64,000 bases of DNA. Source: Fibrobacterales bacterium (lineage in GTDB: Bacteria > Fibrobacterota > Fibrobacteria > Fibrobacterales > JAOPTW01). The DNA lies in NCBI GenBank assembly GCA_051532055.1, contig JAOPTX010000047.1, forward strand, positions 1-64,000, given 5' to 3'. This document shows, piece after piece, positions 1 to 9,238 of the stretch (the stretch's first letter is position 1; the number at the start of each line of letters is the position of its first letter). Both the position numbers and the translations under genes were made by a program. A model generated the notes under the pieces. The model did no database searches. It saw nothing but the letters and a program-made list of their open reading frames with translations, and was not told the DNA's origin.

Positions 1-2
1 TT

Positions 3-302
3 ATCAAACAGGGACACATTGCCTTTGCTGGAACATCCGCGGATATTCTTCTTAAAGACAAATCTCTTATTCGGGTGTCAATAGGCAAAGGCCTCAGTGC
101 AGATCAATTGGTTGATCTACAGGGTATTACTGGCTCAGAGGTGAATCAAGAAGCACAGGTGTTGCACTATGAGTGTTCTGACGTTGAAACGACCAATACA
201 GCGGTACTCCAGTACCTTTTAGAGCAAGGTGTAGGGGTGAGCGAAATTGTCGCACAAAAAGAGAGTGTCCATAATCTCTACAAGGAGCTTGTAGAGTGTT
301 AA
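3..302 (+). CDS. ABC transporter ATP-binding protein, C-terminal part (truncated by window edge)
   Basis: Frame open from nt 3 (IKQGHIAFAGTSADIL...), typical post-H-loop tail of ABC-2-type ATPases; overlaps the downstream permease. Confidence 0.75.
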   Translation: MKQGHIAFAGTSADILLKDKSLIRVSIGKGLSADQLVDLQGITGSEVNQEAQVLHYECSDVETTNTAVLQYLLEQGVGVSEIVAQKESVHNLYKELVEC

Positions 303-940
303 ACTTTTTCCGACACGAATTTAGAATGATCTGGCGGGAGCCACGCTTTTGGATTCCCTTTTTAATTCCACCAATATTTATTATGATATCTCAGTTGTAT
401 GCACAAATGAGTGGGGCTATTGATGATATGGGAAGCAGTCTTCTCATTCTTATCGGTGTGCTTCTCTCTACTATGTGTGTAAATCTCATGGCAGATTCAT
501 TTGCAGGAGAACGAGAACGGAATACCTTAGAGCTGTTACTGGCACTACCTATTTCTCTTGAAAAGATATTTTTTGGTAAAATGCTTGCAGTCTTTCCCGT
601 ACCTCTTGGGTTGTCTATAGTATTTCAAATTCTCTTTTGGAATCTGACGATTCTTACTGTGGGTGACCTTATTCTCGCAGTAGTAACCAATGTCTCCAGT
701 TCACTCTTTGTGGGAAGTCTCTCGCTTATTGTGTCGATGTTTTCTAAAACCGTACGTACAGCAGCTCAAATCAGTGTGGTGTTTGTTCTCATGATTCTCA
801 TAGTAACTCCAATCTACTCGGTTTTTATTTTCTCAGTGCCCGAGCTCTTTTGGGCAGTGAATTTGGGCTATCTTCTATTGACTATCATTTTAGTATGGGT
901 ATCCTTGTTTTTCTTCAGAAGAAATATGGGGATACGGTAG
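296..940 (+). CDS. ABC-2 type transporter permease
   Basis: Multi-TM protein with DSFAGERERNTLELLLALPIS...IFFGK motif. Confidence 0.9.
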   Translation: MLNFFRHEFRMIWREPRFWIPFLIPPIFIMISQLYAQMSGAIDDMGSSLLILIGVLLSTMCVNLMADSFAGERERNTLELLLALPISLEKIFFGKMLAVFPVPLGLSIVFQILFWNLTILTVGDLILAVVTNVSSSLFVGSLSLIVSMFSKTVRTAAQISVVFVLMILIVTPIYSVFIFSVPELFWAVNLGYLLLTIILVWVSLFFFRRNMGIR

Positions 941-1112
941 GTTGGCATTTTATTAATCATTTTAATTAAATGCAATTTGTACACCAATTAAATGAAAATA
1001 TTATCAATATGATCACCAAATTGTCTGTTATATATGGTTTGATTGTAAAAAAGTTCCCCATGATCTAGTAAGATATGCATTCTTCGTGTAGTTTTTGATT
1101 AGGAGAATCTCT

Positions 1113-1961
1113 ATGCAACCTTTTCAAGTATCCATCTTTCGTTTTTTAGATTACCATGAATACCTACGCGCATGGTATAAACAAGAAAAGGAAAGTGGCT
1201 CTAAGGTAACTATGCAAAAACTTGCTGATGCAGCAGGTTTTAAGTCCAAGAGCTATATTCAGCGAGTTATATCTGGGGTAAAAGCAGTTTCACGGAAATC
1301 TATTTGTCAATTTAATGAGATGTTATGCCACTCAGAAAGAGAGTCTGAGTATTTCATGCTACTTGTTCATTTTAAGCATGCAAAGAGCGATGGTGAAAAA
1401 GCACGATGTTTAAGGAAGCTTCAGGAGCAATCTGATTCCCTTATACATAACTTGGAAAGCAAGCGCTTTGAATTTTTTAATACTTGGTATCATCCAGTGA
1501 TTAGGGAAGTTATCTCCACTGTACCTTTTAATGATGATTATTTGAAGCTTGCACGGGCAATTAAACCAGAGATAACAGCAAAACAAGCTCATGATAGCGT
1601 TACCCTGTTGCTTGAATTGGGATTAATAACAAAAAGCCGAGGTAAATATATACAACTTCAGTCTTCTGTGATAGCTCAAAGTGAGACTGATTATATGGCT
1701 TTAAGAGAATTTCAGAGGATGATGATTCGTTTAGGTGGAGAGGCAATTGATCGGTTCGATCCCCCAGATAGGAATATTGTCTCAATAACTACGGGACTGT
1801 CCTATGAAAATGCAGAAAAAATCAACAAAATGATCGGCCAATTCCAGAAAAGTGTCATTGCAATTTCTAATTTAGAGCAAACGGTTGAAATAACGCAACA
1901 GATCAATATGCAGCGTTTTCCTGTTTCAAAACCCCTTACCCCTAAAAGAGGCAGTAAATGA
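1113..1961 (+). CDS. TIGR02147-family protein (N-terminal HTH, DUF4423-like C-terminus)
   Basis: Motifs DYHEYLR, AGFKSKS, WYHPVIRE, LARAIKPEIT..QA..SV.LLLELGLI, Q.NMQ.FP; AGGAGA RBS at 1101-1106 favours ATG 1113. Confidence 0.85.
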   Translation: MQPFQVSIFRFLDYHEYLRAWYKQEKESGSKVTMQKLADAAGFKSKSYIQRVISGVKAVSRKSICQFNEMLCHSERESEYFMLLVHFKHAKSDGEKARCLRKLQEQSDSLIHNLESKRFEFFNTWYHPVIREVISTVPFNDDYLKLARAIKPEITAKQAHDSVTLLLELGLITKSRGKYIQLQSSVIAQSETDYMALREFQRMMIRLGGEAIDRFDPPDRNIVSITTGLSYENAEKINKMIGQFQKSVIAISNLEQTVEITQQINMQRFPVSKPLTPKRGSK

Positions 1962-2818
1962 AATTCTCCCCCCTGTGGTTACTCTATGTAACAATCCCCT
2001 TGTTAAGTGCTTGTGACATAACTAATGAAGCTCTATTAGAGTCTGGTCAAATAACAGGAAGTACGGTGATTCCCAATACAGTTGCGACTGCCAAAGTTTC
2101 TTTACTACCTATTGATGCACAGGAGGTAATCGATACTTCCGCCATACCAAAAGATACGATACCAACACTTAACGATAGTACTTCCTCAGTACCTGATAGT
2201 GTATTTCTCTATTTTATGGATGACTTACAAACGATAGTACGCCGCGTAGCTATAAAGCACGATGGATCCTTTGCTTTTGTAAATCTTTCCATGGGTGACT
2301 ATAGTATACGAAGTTGCAATGATTCACTTGGATTTGAGTATCACAATATACAATTGAGTGATGCAAAACCAGCTTATGATGTTGGAAGTGTGATTTTTAG
2401 CGAAGTAACGTTGCGAAATATTCAAATGGATTCTCTTTCTGGGATGCAATTTTTCTCTTTTGAAAAACAACTTACAATTAACGTCGATGGCTCAATTCTG
2501 TATCCGTCACTCATTCAGAAAGTTGATAGCAATGAACACTATTATCAAGTTGTGACTGTCCACCTTAATAATGGGACTTATCAAAACTACTTGGTGCTTT
2601 CAAATAGAACGGAACTTACCATTACTGACCTTCCTAAACATAGTTTGGAAGAGGATGCTCAAAGTTCCTCTTTAATGTCCAGTAGTTCCTCGAGGGTCTT
2701 GATCGATCCTGTTGAATCAAGTAGTCAGAGTGTAGGGGCTTCTAGTGGGGGAGAGAGTGGCAGCAGTAGCTCGGGGTCGGGTATTGTTATTCGGTATTCA
2801 TTCTCAAATCCTGATTAA
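1958..2818 (+). CDS. Lipoprotein with carboxypeptidase-regulatory-like N-terminal domain and Ser-rich tail
   Basis: Lipobox LSAC; DGSFAFVNLSMGDYSI motif; ATGA overlap with upstream gene. Confidence 0.75.
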   Translation: MKFSPLWLLYVTIPLLSACDITNEALLESGQITGSTVIPNTVATAKVSLLPIDAQEVIDTSAIPKDTIPTLNDSTSSVPDSVFLYFMDDLQTIVRRVAIKHDGSFAFVNLSMGDYSIRSCNDSLGFEYHNIQLSDAKPAYDVGSVIFSEVTLRNIQMDSLSGMQFFSFEKQLTINVDGSILYPSLIQKVDSNEHYYQVVTVHLNNGTYQNYLVLSNRTELTITDLPKHSLEEDAQSSSLMSSSSSRVLIDPVESSSQSVGASSGGESGSSSSGSGIVIRYSFSNPD

Positions 2819-2867
2819 GTAAAGCTATACTCCTTGAGTAACAGGAGCATTTTATTTTCGAAAACGA

Positions 2868-2912
2868 AATACAAAAAAAGTCAGAAGATTATCTTCTGAC
2901 TTTTTTTGTATT
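2868..2912. terminator. Bidirectional intrinsic terminator
   Basis: Perfect 22-bp inverted repeat AATACAAAAAAAGTCAGAAGAT/ATCTTCTGACTTTTTTTGTATT between convergent genes. Confidence 0.9.
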
Positions 2913-2935
2913 GTAAGAAATTAATAAATACTTAA

Positions 2936-3409
2936 TTATTTAAATTCATCAAATATGTCATGTTGAACAAGTTCATTTTCAGGAGCACTGTAAAAATCTA
3001 GATCATAAAGCATGCGAGGAGATTTCACATATTTGATTTTACTGAGGTCATGTTTTTTACTTTCTACAACAAGAGTTATTTCTTTGTCACAGAGAGTATA
3101 GCTTTTAAGAGCACTACTTGTTTTAAAGTGATAAGAAAGAGTATCCCCTTGAATGGTGACCACTGCATATTGGCCTGATTTACAGAGGAGTTCTTCTTGT
3201 GCTTTGAGGGTAAGTTTCTCTTTTGATTTTCGTGTTACGAGAAGTGGCTCATCGAGTGAGCACTCTTTTGTTTCACAATTAGTGGTATTGAGGGCGTTAT
3301 TGATAGTCGCATTTTTTAATCCGAATTTATCCATGACCCCAAACTTATCACAAGAGGAGACCATTAGAGCAACAAAAAGAAGCAGCGTAATAATGAAAGA
3401 GTGTTTCAT
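2936..3409 (-). CDS. Hypothetical lipoprotein
   Basis: Signal peptide ending MVSSC. Confidence 0.7.
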   Translation of the reverse strand: MKHSFIITLLLFVALMVSSCDKFGVMDKFGLKNATINNALNTTNCETKECSLDEPLLVTRKSKEKLTLKAQEELLCKSGQYAVVTIQGDTLSYHFKTSSALKSYTLCDKEITLVVESKKHDLSKIKYVKSPRMLYDLDFYSAPENELVQHDIFDEFK

Positions 3410-3650
3410 GGTTCTACCTTTGGTTTAATGTGTATCAAGTCTACAAAGTAGCAAGTAATGATGTGTCAACTTTGCAATTTCAATCAAACGAGTATTTGTT
3501 AATCTATTGTTTACAAGGAAATTTAAGCTAATTGAGTTCTTATATACTGATTGAGAGATAGTGTATCATGTATGTAAAGCAATGTTTTTATTACACTTAT
3601 ATGGGTTTCTCTTTGAGTTTGATGGGGAATTACGTATCTTTAGAGCCAAT

Positions 3651-4020
3651 TATAAGCGGCAAGTATGTGATCGCTGATACTTCGGTATCAGAGGAAAGTC
3701 CGGGCACCAAAAGGCAGGATGCTGGATAACGTCCAGGTCTAGTAATAGAGGGAAAGTGCCACAGAAAATAAACCGCCCATGAATTTGGGTAAGGGTGAAA
3801 CGGCGAGGTAAAAGCTCACCGCGCTTCTGGTGACAGAAGTGGCAGGGTAAACCCCATCCGGTGCAATACCAAATAGGTAGTTCTTTTGGAGTAGCCTGCT
3901 CCATTATTACTCATTTGAGTGATAGAGAGCTGCGGGTAGGTAGCTTGAGGTTATTGGTAACAGTAATCCCAGATAGATGATCGCACACGACAGAACCCGG
4001 CTTATCGCTTGCCGCTTATA
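3651..4020 (+). ncRNA. rnpB: RNase P RNA (bacterial type A)
   Basis: GAGGAAAGTCCGGGC, GGAAAGTGCCACAGAAAA, AGGGTGAAACGG, GGTAAACCCC, ACAGAACCCGGCTTA; terminal pairing TATAAGCGGCAAG/CTTGCCGCTTATA. Confidence 0.98.
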
Positions 4021-4065
4021 TTGTTCTTTTGTAAGTATTAACCTGTTTGGGTTGATTAGTGAGGT

Positions 4066-5856
4066 ATGGTGTTGAAGTTTCAACTGAGTCTATGGGTATT
4101 GTTTGCTGTTTCGTTTTCCTTTGCAGCTGAAGATAAAAAGTCACAGTTTGAAGTGGTCGGGAATGCGGCTGATAGTAGTCAAGCATTTGTGGTTGATTCA
4201 ATTGAATACGAAATAGGTGATGCATTTGATGACGCAAATGCATCGACCCCTTATGAACGCTGGATGTTTAATATTGCTAATAAGCTTCATATTAAAAGTA
4301 AACCTTCGGTCATTAACAAAACTCTCAGTTTTGAGTTGGGTGACACCATCACTATCTATCAGCTTAAAGAGAGTGAGCGCGCACTCAGAGGTCAAAACTA
4401 TATTTCAGATGCTTCAATTAGTTTTTATACCGATGCGAATGGAAAAAATATTGTTCGGGTTAAAACTTCAGATCATTGGTCAACAACTTTAGCACCAACA
4501 CTTCCCTTTTTTGAAGCATCCTCAGATGCATCAAAGTTTGCTTGGGGGTTACTTATTGTAGAACGAAATTTACTCGGGTATGGTCAAACCATTGGCTTCA
4601 ACTATTCGAGCGGTTTGGTACGAGATTCAAAACTATTTATCTATAAAAATAGTCATTTTCTATTTAAGCATAATAACCTCTCTCTTGCAGCTTCAGCAAA
4701 TTCTGATGGATATAACTACATCTTTAATCTTTCAAAGGGTTTTGCAACACTGAGTGATAAGTGGAGTTATTCTATAGATTTAAATCGAAACAAGAAAAGT
4801 AGAACGGTATATAAACATCCAGAACGAGTTGTCCCTTTTGTTAATTTAGATACCATTCTTACCAATGTGCAATTACCTCAAGATGCAGCTCAAAAACTTT
4901 TTCAGTATACGGGTATAAAAAGTGATACGGTAAATTTAAATGTTGGAAGACGCTTTGGTAATAAAATCCAAAAAATTGTTGGTATAAATTATTTCTATTC
5001 ACTTGATAGAGCTGGACTTCCAAGCCGACAAGTTTTTTCGGACGTATATAACTCTGATATTGAGAGTAACTGGGCAATAAGTAGGGAGTATGCAAAACCC
5101 TTTGAGTATGACGAGCAATCACGTGTTGGACTTCAGTTTATCTTAAATTGGATTACCTATGTAAAAGTTAAGAATTTAAATCGAGTGAAATATTCAGAAG
5201 ATATTGAATTAGGGTTTTCATTTACTCAAGGAGTATTCAAAAATATTGAAGCACTTAATGCAAGTTCGAATGATTGGTATGTAAATAATAGGGTTGTGTA
5301 TAAAGATATTTTTGATCATGAACATCTTATAACAGTGAGTGTTAATAATAAATTTTTCTTTAATGATGATTCAGTTAAAAATGGTTTGTTTCAATCAGGG
5401 CTCGAGTACATGTGGAAACCAAATTCTAGAGTGGCAACTTATTTTAAATCGCAATTTGATTCTTATTATGAACAATCAAATCATAAACAACTGTATCTTG
5501 ATGGTTTTAGAGGAATGGCAGGAGTCCCTTCGTTTTATTATGCTGGGAGTACTCGTCTGTTTTTTAAACTTGAAGAACGGTTTTTCCTACCAAAATCATT
5601 TGAACGTGGAACTGTTGTACCCGTTATCACTACCTTTATTAATGGTGGAAATGCATATGATGCAATTGATCAAGTCGATTTAAGTGAGCTTCGATATAAT
5701 GTGGGAATAGGTCTTCGTCTAGGAATGACTAAATCTACAGAAGGGGTTGTGAACCATCTCGACATTGCATGGCCACTGAATGGTCCCCTTAAAAATGACT
5801 CATGGAAATCGGGCTTTGGCCCACGTGTTTCATTCCGTTCCATGATCTCTCTCTAA
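4066..5856 (+). CDS. Omp85/BamA-TamA-like outer membrane protein
   Basis: Signal peptide, POTRA-like N-terminus (LKESERALR), ERNLLGYGQ, C-terminal VGIGLR...LDIAWPL. Confidence 0.8.
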   Translation: MVLKFQLSLWVLFAVSFSFAAEDKKSQFEVVGNAADSSQAFVVDSIEYEIGDAFDDANASTPYERWMFNIANKLHIKSKPSVINKTLSFELGDTITIYQLKESERALRGQNYISDASISFYTDANGKNIVRVKTSDHWSTTLAPTLPFFEASSDASKFAWGLLIVERNLLGYGQTIGFNYSSGLVRDSKLFIYKNSHFLFKHNNLSLAASANSDGYNYIFNLSKGFATLSDKWSYSIDLNRNKKSRTVYKHPERVVPFVNLDTILTNVQLPQDAAQKLFQYTGIKSDTVNLNVGRRFGNKIQKIVGINYFYSLDRAGLPSRQVFSDVYNSDIESNWAISREYAKPFEYDEQSRVGLQFILNWITYVKVKNLNRVKYSEDIELGFSFTQGVFKNIEALNASSNDWYVNNRVVYKDIFDHEHLITVSVNNKFFFNDDSVKNGLFQSGLEYMWKPNSRVATYFKSQFDSYYEQSNHKQLYLDGFRGMAGVPSFYYAGSTRLFFKLEERFFLPKSFERGTVVPVITTFINGGNAYDAIDQVDLSELRYNVGIGLRLGMTKSTEGVVNHLDIAWPLNGPLKNDSWKSGFGPRVSFRSMISL

Positions 5857-5865
5857 AAGTAGTAT

Positions 5866-6564
5866 ATGAATCCAGAAAATATTATTGTAGTCTTAGCTGA
5901 GCCTGAAAATCCTAAAAACATTGGCCTTGTTGCACGTGCTATGCGGTGTAATCATGTTACGCAACTCAGAATTGTATCAACGAGTATGAACGTTGTGGCT
6001 GAAGAAGCCTATATCACTTGTACTCATGGTAAAGAAATACTGAAAAATGCCCAGTTTTACTCTTCAGTACAAGATGCCGTTGCTGATACCTATCAATCTA
6101 TAGCATTTTCACGCCGAGACTATGATGTCACAGACAGTTGGGTCAATATGCAGGATGTTGGAGAGGTAATTCGTTATGATGGCCCTGTGGCCCTTGTATT
6201 TGGACGTGAAAGTGTTGGTCTCAGTAGAGAAGAAATTGGCACTTGTTCAAGTGCTTGTACCATACCTATAGCTGATCGAATGAGTTATAATTTAGGACAG
6301 GCCGCTGCAATAGCCCTCTACCAGGTAGGTACCATACCTAAAAAGCAATTTCTAGACCCTACTGAGCACGATCCTGCAGAATTAGGAGCAAAACAAGCTT
6401 TTATCGACCACGTAAATTCTCTCATAAGCGATGAATATCGTAGCCGATATAAAGAGAAATTTGCTTTTACCAATTGGCTTGAACGCCTCAATCCAACGAA
6501 AAAAGATCTTAATTTTATCTTCGGCACATTCAGAGATATTGTCAAAAACGTAAAAAAACAGTAA
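5866..6564 (+). CDS. SPOUT RNA methyltransferase, TrmJ/LasT-like
   Basis: PENPKNIGLVARAM, ALVFGRESVGLS, SYNLGQA. Confidence 0.9.
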   Translation: MNPENIIVVLAEPENPKNIGLVARAMRCNHVTQLRIVSTSMNVVAEEAYITCTHGKEILKNAQFYSSVQDAVADTYQSIAFSRRDYDVTDSWVNMQDVGEVIRYDGPVALVFGRESVGLSREEIGTCSSACTIPIADRMSYNLGQAAAIALYQVGTIPKKQFLDPTEHDPAELGAKQAFIDHVNSLISDEYRSRYKEKFAFTNWLERLNPTKKDLNFIFGTFRDIVKNVKKQ

Positions 6565-6595
6565 AATAACCCTATACTTTTAGTTTTGACTGGTT

Positions 6596-7465
6596 ATGAT
6601 ACACAGTTACGAAAACTCTTTGCACTCAGTGCGTAGAAAAATGATATTCAACTTTTCTATGCTGCTTGTTGGTATAGCGTTAATACTAGGCCTAGTGATA
6701 TTGGGTTTCTATTTTTTAGAAAAACGTGTAATATCTGAGTCGACTCAACAATTGTATTTGGAACAGTTACGATCAGAACAGGTGATAGGGGCTGAAGTTC
6801 CTAAAATTATTTCTCAGGTTTCAGAGTCTATGATAACTGCTCAAAATGGGATATTACAGGATAATCTGAGCATACTCTTTGGAGTATTGTTTGTTCTCTC
6901 ATCAATTCCAAGTTTTTATATCGCTCAATCGGTTGCTCGGAAAAAAATCTACGCACTCAAGCGAAAGCACTTTGCTTATTTTGACGATGTGACTGGACTT
7001 CCCAGTTGCAATATGCTTATTGACCGTTTGAATCATATCTTTGCCCAATCTCGACGGTACAATCACAAATTTAGTATTCTCTATATGAACGTTGATAGCT
7101 TTGCGGATATCAATAATAGTTGGGGAAAAGAGGTGGGAGACCGTGTGTTAAAAGTCATAGCAGAGCGTTTAGTGTCTTCAGTCCGTAATTCAGATACTGT
7201 AGCCTATATTGGAGATGATGAGTTTGCTATTATTCTTTCAGTAGTAGGAGACGCTTCAGATGCAGATGTGGTTGCCAAAAAAATTATTAAAAAGATGGCA
7301 GCCCCGTTTACTCATGAGGGTGAAGAGAAATATCTTGGTATGAGTATCGGTGTATCAACCTATCCTGATAATGGAGTGGAGACGGAGTCCCTACTCAATA
7401 AAGCTGATAAGGCAATGATCATTGTTAAAAATACTATTAAAAATGGATTTCTCCATTCCGAGTGA
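6596..7465 (+). CDS. Membrane-anchored degenerate GGDEF-domain protein
   Basis: Two TM segments; DDVTGLP, RNSD I-site, GDDEF. Confidence 0.88.
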   Translation: MIHSYENSLHSVRRKMIFNFSMLLVGIALILGLVILGFYFLEKRVISESTQQLYLEQLRSEQVIGAEVPKIISQVSESMITAQNGILQDNLSILFGVLFVLSSIPSFYIAQSVARKKIYALKRKHFAYFDDVTGLPSCNMLIDRLNHIFAQSRRYNHKFSILYMNVDSFADINNSWGKEVGDRVLKVIAERLVSSVRNSDTVAYIGDDEFAIILSVVGDASDADVVAKKIIKKMAAPFTHEGEEKYLGMSIGVSTYPDNGVETESLLNKADKAMIIVKNTIKNGFLHSE

Positions 7466-7468
7466 GTC

Positions 7469-9238
7469 TTACTCTACTCTGTGCATCCTCACCAATTTTG
7501 CATAAATACCATCTTCTGCAATGAGTGATTCATGGGTGCCAACCTCTTTAAGCTCTCCTTGATGGAGTACCAAAATTTTATCAGCATTCTTAATGGTCGA
7601 AAGTCGGTGTGCCACAATAATGGAGGTTCTGTTTTTAGTTAGTTCTGAGAGGGCTTCTTGTATAAGACTTTCAGTGTGGGTGTCCACAGAACTGGTCGCT
7701 TCATCAAGAAGAAGAAGATCTGGAGACGCGTAGAGTGCACGCGAAAAGGAGAGTAGTTGTCGTTGACCCGTTGAGAGGTTTTGCCCTGATGGTTCAACTA
7801 TCGATTCAAAACCTTGGTCACTCTGTTTTATAAAGTCATATGAACGGGATGCTTGTGCGGCTTTGAGCAGTTGCTCCTGCTCTATAGGTTTGCCAAAAGC
7901 AATATTATTTCCATAAGTATCATTAAAGAGGAAGACATCTTGGCTAACATTGGCTAATCGAGATCTGAGTGATTGATTCAGGACGTCTTTTATATTGACA
8001 CCATTAAGAGTAATAGTCCCATTGTCGGTAGTGTAAAACCGATTGATGAGGGAGAGTATTGTGCTTTTACCTGAACCTGTAGCGCCGACTATTGCAACAG
8101 TACTTCCTGGTTCTACGGTAAATGAAACATTTTTGAGTACAGAAGAGTCTTCGTTATAGGCGAATGAGACATTGTTGAATTCAAGACCAATGGCGCCCTT
8201 GGGTATTTGAGTCGCTCCATCAGGAATATGTACGTTGGTGTCGAGGAGGTGAAATACTCGTTCTCCTGCTGCAAGTGCTGTTTGAAGACTCGTAATCTTA
8301 TCACTAATGTCACGTAGCGGTCGGTTAAACATTGTGCTATACCAGGTGAATGCGACTAGGGTACCTACAGTGAGCTCAGCACTAAAGATATAGAAACTTC
8401 CAAAAGCATACACTGCTATAAGTGAGAAGTCGGTAAGAGAGTGAATTGCAGGGAAAAAATAACTGTAATATTTGACATTTTTAAAGAAGGCATTGCGGTA
8501 GGTTTTGTTGTGCTCTTTGAATATCTTAAATCGTTCTCGTTGTTTTTGAAAGAGCTGGACAATAAATATGCCATTCAGACTCTCTTGTAAAACAGAGTTC
8601 AGTTGAGCGAGTTCTTTTCGGATGGTAACATTGATATTTTTAACCTTCACCCTGAAAATTGCAGTTACCAAGAGCATGAATGGGAGAAAGGCAAGAGTTA
8701 TTAGTCCGAGTTGCCAGTTTTTATAGAGCATTATAACAGCGGCAAGGATAATCATTAGAAAGGCACTGATCAGTTCAAAAATCACTTCCGAGAGAAGTAA
8801 ATTGAGTGAGTCAACATCATTTGACATGCGAGTCATGAGGCGCCCAATTGGGGTGCGGTGAAAGAACTGAAGGCTCAGAGTGGTAACGTGTTTAAAGAGT
8901 TGCACTCTAATGTCATGAATAATGTGGAGACCGGTAACCTTACTTAGAATGGTATACGCATACGATGTGGCAGTATTTGCAATCACAACGATAAGAAAGA
9001 GACTTGACCATTGTAAAACACCATCGAAATCACCCACTTTAACAGGGCCATCAATAATACTTTCTAGTATCCATGGAAGTAAGAAGGGGAGAACTTCTTT
9101 TATTACAACGAGTAGGGCACTTGCGAAGAGGGCAACTTTGTAAGGTTTGGCATATTTCCAAATTCTGCGAATGAGTACAAGATCAAAGATCTTATTACTG
9201 GCATCATCGAGAAGGTACTCTTTTGGGGCGTTACTCAC
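7469..9238 (-). CDS. ABC exporter, fused permease/ATPase (MdlB-like)
   Basis: Walker A GATGSGKST, LSTGQRQ, LLLLDEATS, AHRLST. Confidence 0.95.
   Translation of the reverse strand: MSNAPKEYLLDDASNKIFDLVLIRRIWKYAKPYKVALFASALLVVIKEVLPFLLPWILESIIDGPVKVGDFDGVLQWSSLFLIVVIANTATSYAYTILSKVTGLHIIHDIRVQLFKHVTTLSLQFFHRTPIGRLMTRMSNDVDSLNLLLSEVIFELISAFLMIILAAVIMLYKNWQLGLITLAFLPFMLLVTAIFRVKVKNINVTIRKELAQLNSVLQESLNGIFIVQLFQKQRERFKIFKEHNKTYRNAFFKNVKYYSYFFPAIHSLTDFSLIAVYAFGSFYIFSAELTVGTLVAFTWYSTMFNRPLRDISDKITSLQTALAAGERVFHLLDTNVHIPDGATQIPKGAIGLEFNNVSFAYNEDSSVLKNVSFTVEPGSTVAIVGATGSGKSTILSLINRFYTTDNGTITLNGVNIKDVLNQSLRSRLANVSQDVFLFNDTYGNNIAFGKPIEQEQLLKAAQASRSYDFIKQSDQGFESIVEPSGQNLSTGQRQLLSFSRALYASPDLLLLDEATSSVDTHTESLIQEALSELTKNRTSIIVAHRLSTIKNADKILVLHQGELKEVGTHESLIAEDGIYAKLVRMHRVE

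Noticed and set aside
3650..3904. 84-aa minus-strand ORF
   Set aside because: Antisense to RNase P RNA; spurious
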